Source: Nemertoderma westbladi
Lineage: Eukaryota > Animalia > Xenacoelomorpha
DNA length: 35,065 nt
Assembly (NCBI GenBank): GCA_032718475.1
Contig: JAUCBJ010001287.1
Coordinates: 1-35,065, forward strand
Direction of reading: 5' to 3'
This document shows, piece after piece, positions 10,533-22,210 of this stretch. Below the pieces are notes generated by a model, which searched no databases, had not been told where the DNA came from, and was given only the letters and a program-made list of their open reading frames with translations. Made by a program: the position numbers and the translations under genes. Numbering within the stretch: the first letter of the stretch is position 1; each line of letters opens with the position of its first letter.

Positions 10533-10798
10533 TTACTGCAGTAACTTTTTACCTTACTGCAGTAAGTTAAAACTGTACTGCAGTAACGTTTTACCTTACT
10601 GCAGTAACGTTTTACTTTACTGCAGTAACCTTTTACCTTACTGTAGTAACGTTTTACCTTACTGCAGTAACGTTTTACCTTACTGCAGTAAGTTAAAACC
10701 GTACTGCAGTAACGTTTTACCTTACTGCAGTAAAGTCAAAACCGTACTGCAATAATGTTATTTTCTACTGCAGTAAGGGAAATACCTTACTGCAGTAA
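10533..10798. repeat. 21-bp tandem array, left foldback arm (about 12 units)
   Basis: Unit TTTTACCTTACTGCAGTAACG, containing the palindrome TTACTGCAGTAA. Confidence 0.95.
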
Positions 10799-11019
10799 AG
10801 TTTGTCATATAATTGCCATAGTAACAACCAATCAGATCTTAAGTGACAAATGCCCTGATATTTAGTTGAGCTGTAGGTACTGAAGAGCCGTGATATTATT
10901 ATAATAATATAATTTGTATTATTAGTAGACTTAGGGTTTTGTGGGTAGGCTAATAAACGGAATGGCGAATATTGATTATGCAAGTGTATTTTTGACAGAT
11001 TTAAATACTTTATTATCAG

Positions 11020-11645
11020 AACCATTCAAAGTGTTATGGGGAGTCCTCCAGGGTGACACACTTGCGACGTTTGATTGCTGTTCATAATTGTGGTTGACTA
11101 TGTTCTACGCATGTCTTTTAGATCATATCATAAGGATGACATACGGCTGTAAGGATGGGGTGATGGTAACTCCACACTGGCTCCAGAAGTAGAGGAAATC
11201 CCGCCAAGTACCTAACTGATCTAGACTTTGCTGATGACTTAGGAGTACTCTCAGAATCACTAGAGGGAGCCCATCGGCTCCTCAGCTCATTAGAACACGC
11301 TGCTTCTAGTGTTGGTCTTTTTATTAACTCCAGAAAGACCAAAATGTAACTTTGAAAGTCCACAGCAAGTCTCTGACCCAATGAGCATAAGCTCAAAGGG
11401 TGGTATACTTGAGCATGTGGACGACTTCTCTTACCTGGGAACATGGATCAGGAAGTCACATAGAATTCATCGGAAACTTAAGGTCCGATTATTTAGAGCA
11501 GCAGTAGTTCCAGTACTCCTCTATGGGAGTCCATGCTGGGCTCTAACTGCTGAGGACACCAAATCTATGGAGGGTACATTCACAGACAAGAATGCTACGC
11601 CAGGTTCTATGTATCAAGTACAATGCAGACATCTCCAACCAGATA
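11020..11645 (+). mobile_element. Decayed RTE reverse-transcriptase fragment in the foldback spacer
   Basis: Reads GVLQGDTLA, LFIIVVDYVLR, YLTDLDFADDLGVL, VGLFINSRKTK, HVDDFSYLGTWI and LKVRLFRAAVVPVLLYGSPCW, with frameshifts. Its 3' part is the near reverse complement of about 7600-7765. Confidence 0.9.
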
Positions 11646-11799
11646 TGCAAATCAACAAATTATATTATTATAATAATAACACGGCTCTTCAGTACCTACA
11701 GCTGCACACAGGCAGATATGGGTGCTGTTCAATTAAATATCAGGGCATTTATAACTTAAGATCTGATTGGTTGTTACTATGGCAATTATATGACAAACT

Positions 11800-13413
11800 T
11801 TACTGCAGTAAGGTATTCCCTCACTGCAGTAGAAAATAACATTACTGCAGTACGGTGTTGACTTTACTGCAGTAATGTAAAAGGTTACTGCAGTAAGGTA
11901 AAACGTTACTGCAGTAAGGTAAAACGTTACTGCAGTAAGGTAAAACGTTACTGCAGTAAGGTAAAACGTTACTGCAGTAAGGTAAAACGTTTACTGCAGT
12001 AACCTAAAAAGTTACTGCAGTACGGTTTTAACTTACTGCAGTAATGTAAAACGTTACTACAGTAAGGTAAAAGGTTACTGCAGTAAGGTAAAACGTTTAC
12101 TGCAGTAACCTAAAAAGTTACTGCAGTACGGTTTTAACTTACTGCAGTAATGTAAAACGTTACTACAGTAAGGTAAAAGGTTACTGCAGTAAGGTAAAAC
12201 GTTACTGCAGTAAGGTAAAACGTTTACTGCAGTAACCTAAAAAGTTACTGCAGTACGGTTTTAACTTACTGCAGTAATGTAAAACGTTACTACAGTAAGG
12301 TAAAAGGTTACTGCAGTAAGGTAAAACGTTACTGCAGTAAGGTAAAACGTTTACTGCAGTAACCTAAAAAGTTACTGCAGTACGGTTTTAACTTACTGCA
12401 GTAATGTAAAACGTTACTACAGTAAGGTAAAAGGTTACTGCAGTAAGGTAAAACGTTACTGCAGTACGGTTTTAACTTACTGCAGTAAGGTAAAACGTTA
12501 CTACAGTAAGGTAAAACGTTACTGCAGTACGGTTTTAACTTACTGCAGTAAGATAAAACGTTACTACAGTAAGGTAAAACGTTACTGCAGTAAGGTAAAA
12601 GGTTACTGCAGTAATGTAAAACGTTACTGCAGTAAGGTAAAAGGTTGCTGCAGTAAGGTAAAAAGTTACTGCAGTACGGTTTTAACTTACTGCAGTAATG
12701 TAAAACGTTACTACAGTAAGGTAAAAGGTTACTGCAGTAAGGTAAAACGTTACTGCAGTACGGTTTTAACTTACTGCAGTAAGGTAAAACGTTACTACAG
12801 TAAGGTAAAACGTTACTGCAGTACGGTTTTAACTTACTGCAGTAAGATAAAACGTTACTACAGTAAGGTAAAACGTTACTGCAGTAAAGTAAAACGTTAC
12901 TACAGTAAGGTAAAACGTTACTGCAGTAAGGTAAAACGTTACTGCAGTAAGGTAAAAGGTTACTGCAGTACAGTTTTAACTTACTGCAGTAAGGTAAAAA
13001 GTTACTGCAGTACGGTTTTAACTTACTGCAGTAATGTAAAAGGTTACTGCAGTAAGGTAAAACGTTACTGCAGTAAGGTAAAACGTTTACTGCAGTAACC
13101 TAAAAAGTTACTGCAGTACGGTTTTAACTTACTGCAGTAATGTAAAACGTTACTACAGTAAGGTAAAAGGTTACTGCAGTAAGGTAAAACGTTACTGCAG
13201 TACGGTTTTAACTTACTGCAGTAAGGTAAAACGTTACTACAGTAAGGTAAAACGTTACTGCAGTACGGTTTTAACTTACTGCAGTAAGATAAAACGTTAC
13301 TACAGTAAGGTAAAACGTTACTGCAGTAAAGTAAAACGTTACTACAGTAAGGTAAAACGTTACTGCAGTAAGGTAAAAGGTTGCTGCAGTAAGGTAAAAA
13401 GTTACTGCAGTAA
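11800..13413. repeat. 21-bp tandem array, right foldback arm (about 75 units, inverted relative to the left arm)
   Basis: Unit GTAAGGTAAAACGTTACTGCA. The variant AACCTAAAAAG recurs at 12001, 12107, 12234, 12361 and 13097, showing multi-unit duplications. Confidence 0.97.
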
Positions 13414-14915
13414 TTTTTCCACGTTAATGTACAACCCCCCACCATTGGTTACACACAACCTCATACGTTAGTACACGACCCCCACTGCTGTTATACACAC
13501 CGTCAAGCGTTAGAGGTTTTGAGCCTAAAGAGACGCCATACTACTCATCCATCGTACACATCCTTTCCCACCACCACCGGGAGTTACATTATTTCTCAAT
13601 TTCCGAATAAAATATGTTATCAGTATTCACGTTTTTAAGTATTTCTATTTTGGTTGTGTTATTTTAAGACTTCAAGAATATAATAATTACAGATTTATCT
13701 ATCTATATAAAACCTGATTTGAATGGAGGGAGAAGGTTTAAAACACACTTAATAAACACGGAGTTCGCTTATATTTCCCCCCTTCTCGGTCCCAGGCTTG
13801 TCAAAATCCCCCAACATATGAAAAGTTAACTATTTATGTGAATTGTGATAAAGTACGCAATAACACTTCCGTTACATTTCTAGTAGGAAATTGAAAGCAC
13901 ATGACATTTAGTATTCAATAATTATTAATTTTTTAATTGATCAACATTCAAACTATCGTATTAACAAAAAAAAAAGCTCAGACTACATTACTTAAATATT
14001 TACAGAATACAATAATATTATATGAAACAAATTGAAATTATGTCGTAAATATAATTGGATAAGTGATAACTTTCGAACAAAACAAGATAATCTTAGGAGT
14101 AATTAATTAATCACTGTGATCCTAACATTACAACCACATGGAAACAAACAGGAACATAAATATAGAGAGTTAATTAATAACTTCTGATATGTTCTTATGG
14201 TAGATACCCTACAGAGTTAGTAGACCGTATAAATAATAAATATACACCAAGACAGTAAATTGTTTGTAAGTTGCAATGTAAGTGTTGATGTACTGTAGAT
14301 GAGGCTATACGTTTCGGCACGTTAGGTCTCACCAGTAGCGCTAACCAGTTGCATTAACAGCTCAACTCCAATTTTATTTTATAGCGCTAATTCGTTTATT
14401 GTTTTGGTTAGATTTAGCCCTTCTGTAACCTGGGTTCTTAGTAAAAACCTAGTAAATATCTTTATATGGCCGACGATTATAGTTAAAACAAATAGGACCC
14501 AAAGATGTGAAGAAAACTAAAGATAACAAAATTACTAAAAAAAATGATAAAAAAGGTTTAAAAAATTTAAAAATCCCAATTTGTCGTCCGCAAATAAATC
14601 GATATAAAAAAAACAGACAGAAAAAATATAGACAATAAGTCAATTAGGTACAGACAATAATAGGACATTTCGGGCATTGGGTATGATAACTGCTGTTCTA
14701 GAACGTTTCATACCAATGTAATTAATAGTTTTTTTTATTTATATGGAATTAATTTCGCACTACCAAATCGAAAGTGCGACATATTTTCCAACTTTATATC
14801 GCAGTAGTGCGACATAATTTCTCATATCCAGGTCACCGCGTCATTCTAAATATAATCAAATCACATGACGTCATTCACGATATTTCACAATTCTAAAACT
14901 TACAAAATTGAATTA

Positions 14916-14979
14916 GGTCAGGTCAGTATCGAACCAGCGGCAATTACATTCATAACCCAGCGCGTTATCCACTACGCTA
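14916..14979 (-). pseudogene. tRNA-like fragment (probable SINE head or tRNA relic)
   Basis: Minus strand TAGCGTAGTGGATAACGCG (A box/D arm) ... GGTTCGATAC (B box). Anticodon and acceptor stems do not pair. Confidence 0.55.
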
Positions 14980-15419
14980 ATTTGGTACGAGATGAAAATG
15001 TTTAAAATTAACATGTCATGCTTTCCTGTTAAAAGCTACAAGATTGGTCTAGAAAGTTTAAGTGCATAGTTACAAATAATTCCCCACAAATAAATAAAAT
15101 TAGATTCGCCATTGTTCATAATTAGCACTTTAAAGCTTTTACGGCCCTCGTTCTAAATTAATCGTGATGTAACGCTATAAAGTGCTATTTTATGAACAAT
15201 GACGTTAATGATATTATAGTTACTGAGTCTCGTATTGTAATCTAAGAAATGTGACACGGAATTATACAAACAGGCAATATACAAAGGCCGTAATATGATC
15301 ACCAACTAGTTCCAACAACTCATCTTCAACTATATTGTTTCACTAACTTCTGACTCCTAAGATAACTAACATTACTAACAAATAACAACAAACAAGCAAG
15401 AAGGCAAGCGCTGGATTCA

Positions 15420-16119
15420 ATATCTACGGTGGTGGTGAGAATCGGCCAATTTCCTTTTGTGATAATTGAATGTACCGACATACTGACGTTTACTTTAAAG
15501 TTAATTTCCTTTTGTAGCATTCTTAATTGACTTTTTTATCATTTTCATAATTTCATTACCTTTTTTATCATTTTTACTTTAATTTGCTTTTTTATACCGG
15601 TACCGGTCGGGTGCGTATCAAGGCCTAACCTACTGTCTGACTGCTAGACTGTGTAAGTCATTCATTACCTTTTTTTATCATTTTCATAGTTTCATTACCT
15701 TTTTTATCATTTTTACTTAATTTCTTTTGTAAACCATTTCTTGTACATATCGTCGCACAATTCTCTTAGAAACCAGAACATCATGATGTTGTTGGAATAA
15801 GTAGACTATTTGTTTATAAGTGTAACCAAGAGAGACATAACGTTTTACCTCGCCAGACTACAAACTGATTACCGGTAGTCATTTCGAATCATCTCGAGGT
15901 GCTACTGAACTCAAACAACAATTAATACAGTCAGTCAGATAGTGCTTACCGGCCTACCGGTACCGGTAGGGTGCCTACCGGTACCGATACTGAAAAAAGG
16001 AAATGAAACTAAAAATGATAAAAAAGGTAATGAAACTATGAAAATGATAAAAAAGGTAATGAAGTAAAAATGAAAAATACTACAAAAGGAAACTGGCCGA
16101 TTCTCACCACCGTAAATAT
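15420..16119. repeat. Inverted pair of repeat arms (decayed TIR element or two opposed copies)
   Basis: GGTGGTGAGAATCGGCCA-TTTCCTTTTGT near 15432 is the reverse complement of ACAAAAGGAAACTGGCCGATTCTCACCACC near 16082-16111. TTCATTACCTTTTTTATCATTTT subrepeats and ACCGGTACCGGT motifs occur on both sides. Confidence 0.7.
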
Positions 16120-16399
16120 CAGCATTCTCAATTTTTGATATTAATGATTTTAACATGTAATTCTCCATAAACAAACACACATTCTTTACAATAGAAACAC
16201 AAGTATCAAGTATCTGCGCTACAACGTCCTTCAGCATATTGTGTAGCAGATGGAACCCCAACGGCATATCAAAGCAGCATGTAATTATAAATGTACCATT
16301 GGTAAGATATTAATACAATGGGATAAAATATTGATGTATTAGAGCTGTGTTACCATAGCACAATATAACACGGATATAGATAAAAAGAGACAACCGCAG

Positions 16400-17080
16400 T
16401 GAAAGTCGTGGATGTCACCCGCAAGTGGTACGGGTGTCACCCACAAGTGTCACGGGTGTCACCCACAAATGTCATGGGCGTCATCCGCAACCGCAACTGT
16501 GACGGGTGTCACCCACAAGTGCCACGGGTGCCACCCGCAAATGTCACGGATGTCACTCACAAGAGACACGTGTGTCACTCACAAGTGTGACGGGTGCTAC
16601 CCATAAGTGTGACGAGTGTCACCAATAAGTGTCACGGGTGTCACCCGCAAATGTGACGGGTGCCAACCGCAAGTGTGACGGGTGTCACCCACAAGTGTCA
16701 CGGGTGCCACCTTGGTGTAGTGGTTGCATTGAAGTCACATCTCCTGTAGGTCGTGGATTCGATCCTCACATAGGCCAGGGCAGTTTTCGTTTCGGCACGA
16801 ATGCTTTAAAGGGACCAGCCAGGGCGCATCTCTGCCTTGCATCCTTAAGTAGCTAAATGAGTACTACAGTTTCCTCTGGGGAGTAAAGTTCTGGGGGGAC
16901 CGCACTGGAAATAAGTCGACAGACTTTGTGCGTAATCTCTGGCCTAGCGGCCGAAGAAAATTTACTTTACTTTTTTTAGAAGTGTCACGGGTGTCACCCA
17001 CAAGTGTCACGGGTGTCACCCACAAGTGTCACGCGTGCCACCCATAAGTGTGACGAGTGACACCAACAAGTGTCACCTAC
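16400..17080. repeat. 22-bp minisatellite (AAGTGTCACGGGTGTCACCCAC), interrupted by a SINE
   Basis: Units start at 16980 and 17002; the array resumes after the insertion. Confidence 0.92.
16706..16977 (+). mobile_element. tRNA-derived SINE, about 270 bp
   Basis: A box TGGTGTAGTGG (16713), B-box-like GGATTCGATCC (about 16755), central GCCTTGCATCC...AAATGAGTAC motif, and a (TTTAC)2-T7 tail. Confidence 0.8.
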
Positions 17081-17187
17081 CAGTTGTAGAGGTGAAGTAA
17101 GTTATATAATGTATCAGGGACTTTTAGCTTGTTTTGTTATCGTTTCATATCGTATTTAGAGACAGTCGAATCGGCCAATTATTATCT

Positions 17188-17340
17188 CAGTGGCACGTTA
17201 TTCTAACCAAAACAATAAAGGAAAGTAAGTAAATAGAACAGGTTACAGTTTCATTTTTGAGTAATGTTATTTGCATTGATTTTCCCCTGGGAGGAATTAA
17301 TTTTGATGGTGTTGAAAGCCCCCCCCCCCCCCCCCCCCAT
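17188..17340 (+). repeat. Unclassified interspersed repeat, copy 2 (ends in poly-C)
   Basis: Shares ACGTTATTCTAACCAAAACAATA and downstream blocks with 6870-7010. Confidence 0.6.
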
Positions 17341-18434
17341 CTCGTATTTATATAGGCACATTTTCATATTTACACTGGACGTCGTTTAATGCCCAATGTG
17401 TAAATGACATGGGAAAAATATCGAGACAAAATAAAATAATACGAGTAAATAATACCTATAGTAAAAAAATTATCGCATAGTTGAAAAATATTGAAAATTG
17501 GAAATAAATACTGCAAGTTGGCCTATCAATAAATCAATAATTTTCATTATATTTTCCATTTATACATTATCAACTAAACTGATTCAACATAATTATGAAT
17601 ACTTAATTAAATACTATAATTAAAAACAATATTTATTCAGTTTCAACTATGTGTGAATAAAATGATTATATTTCTACATATACAATAATAAAAGTTTAGA
17701 TATTAGCTCAATAATGTTACAACCTTAAAGCTCACACACAATGGCTTATCACAAATCAAATTGAATCCATACAACATGATACGAAACTAACTATAGTTCT
17801 ACGTCATTGGTAGGAGTTAGGGTGGTATAAAAATAATAGACGAACCAATAACCAATACCAACACACTGTTCCGCTATATGTTGCACAATTCCCTAGGACA
17901 AGTAAATTGGTACTTCTACGGCCAGCGCACCCCACCGAGCAGCCATATGTAGCATATGGTGCCCGATCTTACAATAATGGTAAATATTATTATTGCTTTA
18001 GCACTAGCATACATTCGTTTTTTTAGTGATTCCCTGATATTCGAGAATATCCTGTCTGGATGCGTGGCGTGGCGGGGCCGTTACTGTATCTGTTGGTCAC
18101 CAGGTCTGGGATATACCCACTATTATATTAATATACACTTTATTCTACTTGTATCAACTTTTTATGCGGCCTAAACAAAAATTACTTTGCAACAAATTTA
18201 TTCTAAAACAGGTGTATAAAACGAAAAGATTGCAGGTTAAACCTAAAACTGTGTAAACGTTTGGTATCTGGAAAAAAGAGAATGTTTGATTAATTTACTC
18301 CCTAAACGCGTTCCAGTGACCCCTACCAAACGTTACAACAGTGATATACACCTACCCAAAGTAGTCTACCACCTCTGAGAGAAATAAAATCCACTTTTTA
18401 TTATATTACTAGTATATGCAGTTATCAATGTTAA

Positions 18435-20330
18435 AACAGAAATGCAAAGAAACCAAGGGCCTTTATAATATGTGGTCTTCGCACGATAAGGACCCAACAG
18501 TCCTCTTGCAGAGAAATTCAAGTCTTCTAAACGAACAACACGTAATCTAAAAAATTTCCTATCTAGAATTCTAGTTGCTGACAAGGTAAACAAATGGTCT
18601 AGCTAAGCTAGATCCAATCCAAGACAATTCTGGTCCCAAGTGAACAAAGACAGACATGGTAATGGAATTTCACCCGAAATGCAATCCAAGCTCCGGTCAT
18701 ATTATACCAATAAATTTGGTGCAGATAAAGGAACACAGGAGAATTTAGATTCACTACATGCAGACTTAAAGGAGCAGTGTTCCTTCCACCTCCACTCCAC
18801 CTAATATCTCATGGCTTGCAGTAAAAAGGGCCATAAGCAGTCTCTTAGCAGGGGACTTACACTCTCTCGCTGTTGAGAACTTCCTACATCTCAATCCGGA
18901 ACCACTGTGCTGCACTCTCGCCAAAATCATCAATATCAGCTTCAAACTACAATCTGTTCCAACATTTTTCGAACAGTCTGTACTCTCCAGCCTTTACAAG
19001 GGCAAAGGTAGAGAGACTCGAGTCAGGAGGCATCTTATAGACCCATATCATCGATAAATATATTCGCGAAAATCCTAGAGCACATTTTGATTTCCAACTA
19101 TCTCAATAATTGTGGTACACCCGAATCAGACTGCATATCAGAGAAAACTTGGTACATATGCTGCTATCGCAATTCTCCTGGAGACAATTTAATATTACCT
19201 ATCTAGAGGTTCCCCAATATATATTTGCCAAGTTGATATCGAAGCTGCCTTTGACAATGTTGTTGACTACCACTACACCATCCTGATTCACAAGCTTCTA
19301 AATAATGGAGTCAATACACATATTGCCTCCACTCTCCTCAGTTATTACGCTTTGAGCCAGGTGTTTCGTAAATTTAGCGAAGCAATTGATCTATGCCCAA
19401 TTGCAGTTCATAAGGGCCTAAAGCAGGGATCACTTCGTCTCCAACCCTCTACAACCTGTACACGGAAGTGATGGTCAATGGACTTCAGTCCACAGGTCAT
19501 GGCTGCCATATTGGACCTGTCTGGCTTGGAGCGCTGGCTTATGCTGACGATTTTCTCTTTCTATGCACTTCTAAGCTCGACTTGGGGATAATGGCCAGTG
19601 TTCTCTCTAATAAAGCTAGTGATGTAGGCTTATCGTTTGCTGCATCGAAAACTTCGTGGTTGGTTATTGATAGGGGATGCAGACTACACACAAACCCTGC
19701 TTTCTTAATCTAATCTTGGTGGAACACTAGTTCAAAGAAGTCTAGACCTGGAATTCCTAGGCTACCGACTCAGTTGTACTTCCAGCTCTCGGCTTGTATT
19801 ACCCGAATCACAACAGGCCATTTCAAGTCTTTCTCATTCATTTCAATTGCGAGGCCCACTACTCGGGGGCTAGATCCCGAAATAGTGTACTTTCTGTGGG
19901 ATTCATTGGCGGCCCCGGTGATAACCTACAACCTCAAGTTCAATATAGGTGCGCTTACTCAAGCAGACATGGATTCCTTGGACACTAGTTATCGTCAGGC
20001 CCTTAGGAGTTTAATTCACGTTGGCACTTTTATGAACAACTCCACACTAATCACATATCTGGATCGTAACACAAGGCACTCAGCATCCTACCGAGGTATA
20101 TCCAGCGGGCATTTTAAATCTGTTCAGCTGCACTCAATGCAACGCCTATTTTGTCTTTGCACTTCCAGATATTCCAAAAGAAGCTGAACGAAAGAATTGC
20201 CGTAGCAAAACCAGCCTCCAAGGATGTTGCAGCATCCAACTTTGTCAGCACATGTTACCAGCTAAGGAACCTTACATTCACACAAAAAAGAAACCGCATT
20301 TTACAATATTATAACGTACTCTAAACACTC
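18435..20330 (+). mobile_element. Decayed, 5'-truncated non-LTR retrotransposon RT region (RTE-X-like; a different family from the other copies)
   Basis: Across frameshifts and stops: NPRQFWSQV, SLYKGKG, SYRPISSINIFAKILE, QVDIEAAFDNV, GLKQGS, SPTLYNLY, GCHIGPVWLGALAYADDFL. The clade call rests on motif recall only. Confidence 0.85.
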
Positions 20331-20528
20331 ATTGAAAATGGTAACATTTTAGTCTTTACTTATTGCGATGCTATGTGTTTTTATATACTCTCCTCTTATG
20401 CGTATAACCTACGTTCTGTAAAGGTGTAAGCTATATATATATTTATCTAACGTTATTTTATCTAATATATACCGGCTTAACCGGTGCCCCGATGAAATGA
20501 AATCTGAATATCTCGAGATTGCACTAAC

Positions 20529-20765
20529 CTGTCGATATCGAAGTTATTAAGAGCAGACAGGGCTCGCGGTCGCATTACTACTGAGTCATTACGGATCAAA
20601 CTGTCCCCATCCCCGCCAGCGCTCTCAGAGGTTGTCACGGTAACGGTCCTGTGAGTGGTGGTTACATTGGGACCAAAACGACCGTCTTCATCAGCACATA
20701 GAGTTACCGGACGCTGTCTGATCACCTTGGAGAACGACACGCGTTCGTTGGCCTCGAGTCTACGA
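20529..20765 (-). CDS. Candidate internal coding exon of an unidentified gene (237 bp, phase 2/2)
   Basis: Pyrimidine-rich acceptor TTTATTTATCCGCAG ends at 20766; donor CAG|GTTAGT at 20528. Open frame RRLEANERVSFSKVIRQRPVTL...RPRALSALNNFDID; a GC-richer island in AT-rich flanks. No domain recognised. Confidence 0.55.
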
Positions 20766-21924
20766 CTGCGGATAAATAAAGTTAAAAAGTGACTGGGGAA
20801 GTACGAGAATTAAATTATGATTAATATTTAATTCATTGAATGTTGAATTTACACGTCTAGAAATCTACCCCGAAAAATCGATCGAATATTAAATATTTTA
20901 AACCAAAAAATGTTCGTAAAATTATAATTCACAGAAGATACACTACAACTATGTTAATCAAGTTGTATCCCATGAGAGTAATTTAATGTGTTCAAATCTC
21001 ATTGTGCTTACGTTTCATTTTGAAATCTAACAACCCAAAATGCAAACACAACCATGCAATAAAATATATTAATGTTAATTAGTTTCCCTTCGCCGTACGA
21101 TGCATGGTTAGTTGACAACTAGTTACACAACTACAATACAAGACACCTTATCTAGTTAATACCTTTCCAAAATGTAAGTACCAATTCCGGAACTGTGAAA
21201 CCGGAATCCGGCATCGTGGCCAATAATGTGGAAGGGGCGCCGACAATAGAAATCACATTTAGGTAATAAACGCATGGGGTAATTGTATTTGTTCTGGTAA
21301 CACTAGCTCTCGTACCAATCGCACTCAGTTTATTTTATCACACGATAAAGTAATAAATTACGAACAAAGGCGATAACGCCAATAACGGCAAAGAGAGGAT
21401 AATATAACAGTAACTGTCATACACATGTAGACGTATATGAATAAAAAATACTAAATAAAATATACAGAGTTATGTCACTAAATGTTAGGAGAATCACAAT
21501 ATTCAAGAGTTATGATATCAGGTTGCTTGCCGATCCACGCAGCAACTACAGTAATCAATATGTCCGTTTCGTCTGCAATAAACTCAGTGGATTTAATTCA
21601 GTGATCAATTACTTCCGGATTGTACATCACTATTGTAGGGTAACAATCATTGAAACATGCAATATTGGGTTGTACAACGGCTTCATTTGCATATTGGCAA
21701 CCGGGCATCATACTCAAGGTAATTGCAATGGTGTGGTACACAGCAGTTAATTATATATATAGCCAATAGCATAAAGGAGTTACTGTACGTGTTTTGAGAG
21801 TTGAATTAGGATTAAACTATAAAGAATAAACAACAAAAATTTAAATAAAAATACAATGAAAATTAATTTGGAATACATTAGAGCAGTAAAAACGTTTATA
21901 GGGAAGCCGACTGAGATAGATATG

Positions 21925-22210
21925 TGATTGGCCTGCCTCCAGATTGTGGTAGTCGGAGAATAAGGGACGTTGTTTCTTCAGGGAGATTTTCGGTCTTTCC
22001 ACCGGGCCATATAGTATAGTCTATAAAGTCACTCAATAGGGTTGGCGCGCGAAAAATTGTTGGGCTTGAAACAAATGAAAGGGGTAACAAGGAGCCCTGA
22101 ATCGAGTGGCGGGGTGTGTTTTTTGTAAAAACACGAGGAAACGATTCAAATGGAGTGCTTAAGTAAGCGCGGGATTGGTGTGATTGGCTGCTACAGAATT
22201 GACGTCACTA
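21925..22210 (-). promoter_or_regulatory. Promoter-like motif cluster (CRE, CCAAT boxes, E2F-like, CHR-like)
   Basis: TGACGTCA 22200-22207; ATTGG at 22183, 22174 and 21927; GCGCGGGA 22167-22174; TTCAAA 22145-22150; TTGGCGCGCGAAAA 22042-22055. Short motifs, no TSS evidence. Confidence 0.35.

Larger units (their letters stand above)
10406..13540. mobile_element. Foldback-type non-autonomous DNA element with long modular TIRs
   Basis: TATGGCGTCTCTTTAGGCTCAAAACC at 10406 is the reverse complement of ...GAGCCTAAAGAGACGCCATA ending at 13540. Arms are about 10406-10917 and 11655-13540. Flanks CTACTCC (10399-10405) and CTACTCA (13541-13547) suggest a 6-7 bp TSD. Confidence 0.9.

Noticed and set aside
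10501-13445. Cys-rich YCSNVLP and related ORFs
   Set aside because: The 21-bp unit is a multiple of 3, so open frames arise automatically in both foldback arms.
14916-14979. Functional tRNA gene
   Set aside because: Anticodon and acceptor stems do not pair; only the A/B boxes remain. The same applies to 16706-16775.
17980-18110. Possible next minus-strand exon after 20529
   Set aside because: Several weak AG options and only short peptides; cannot be supported without transcripts.
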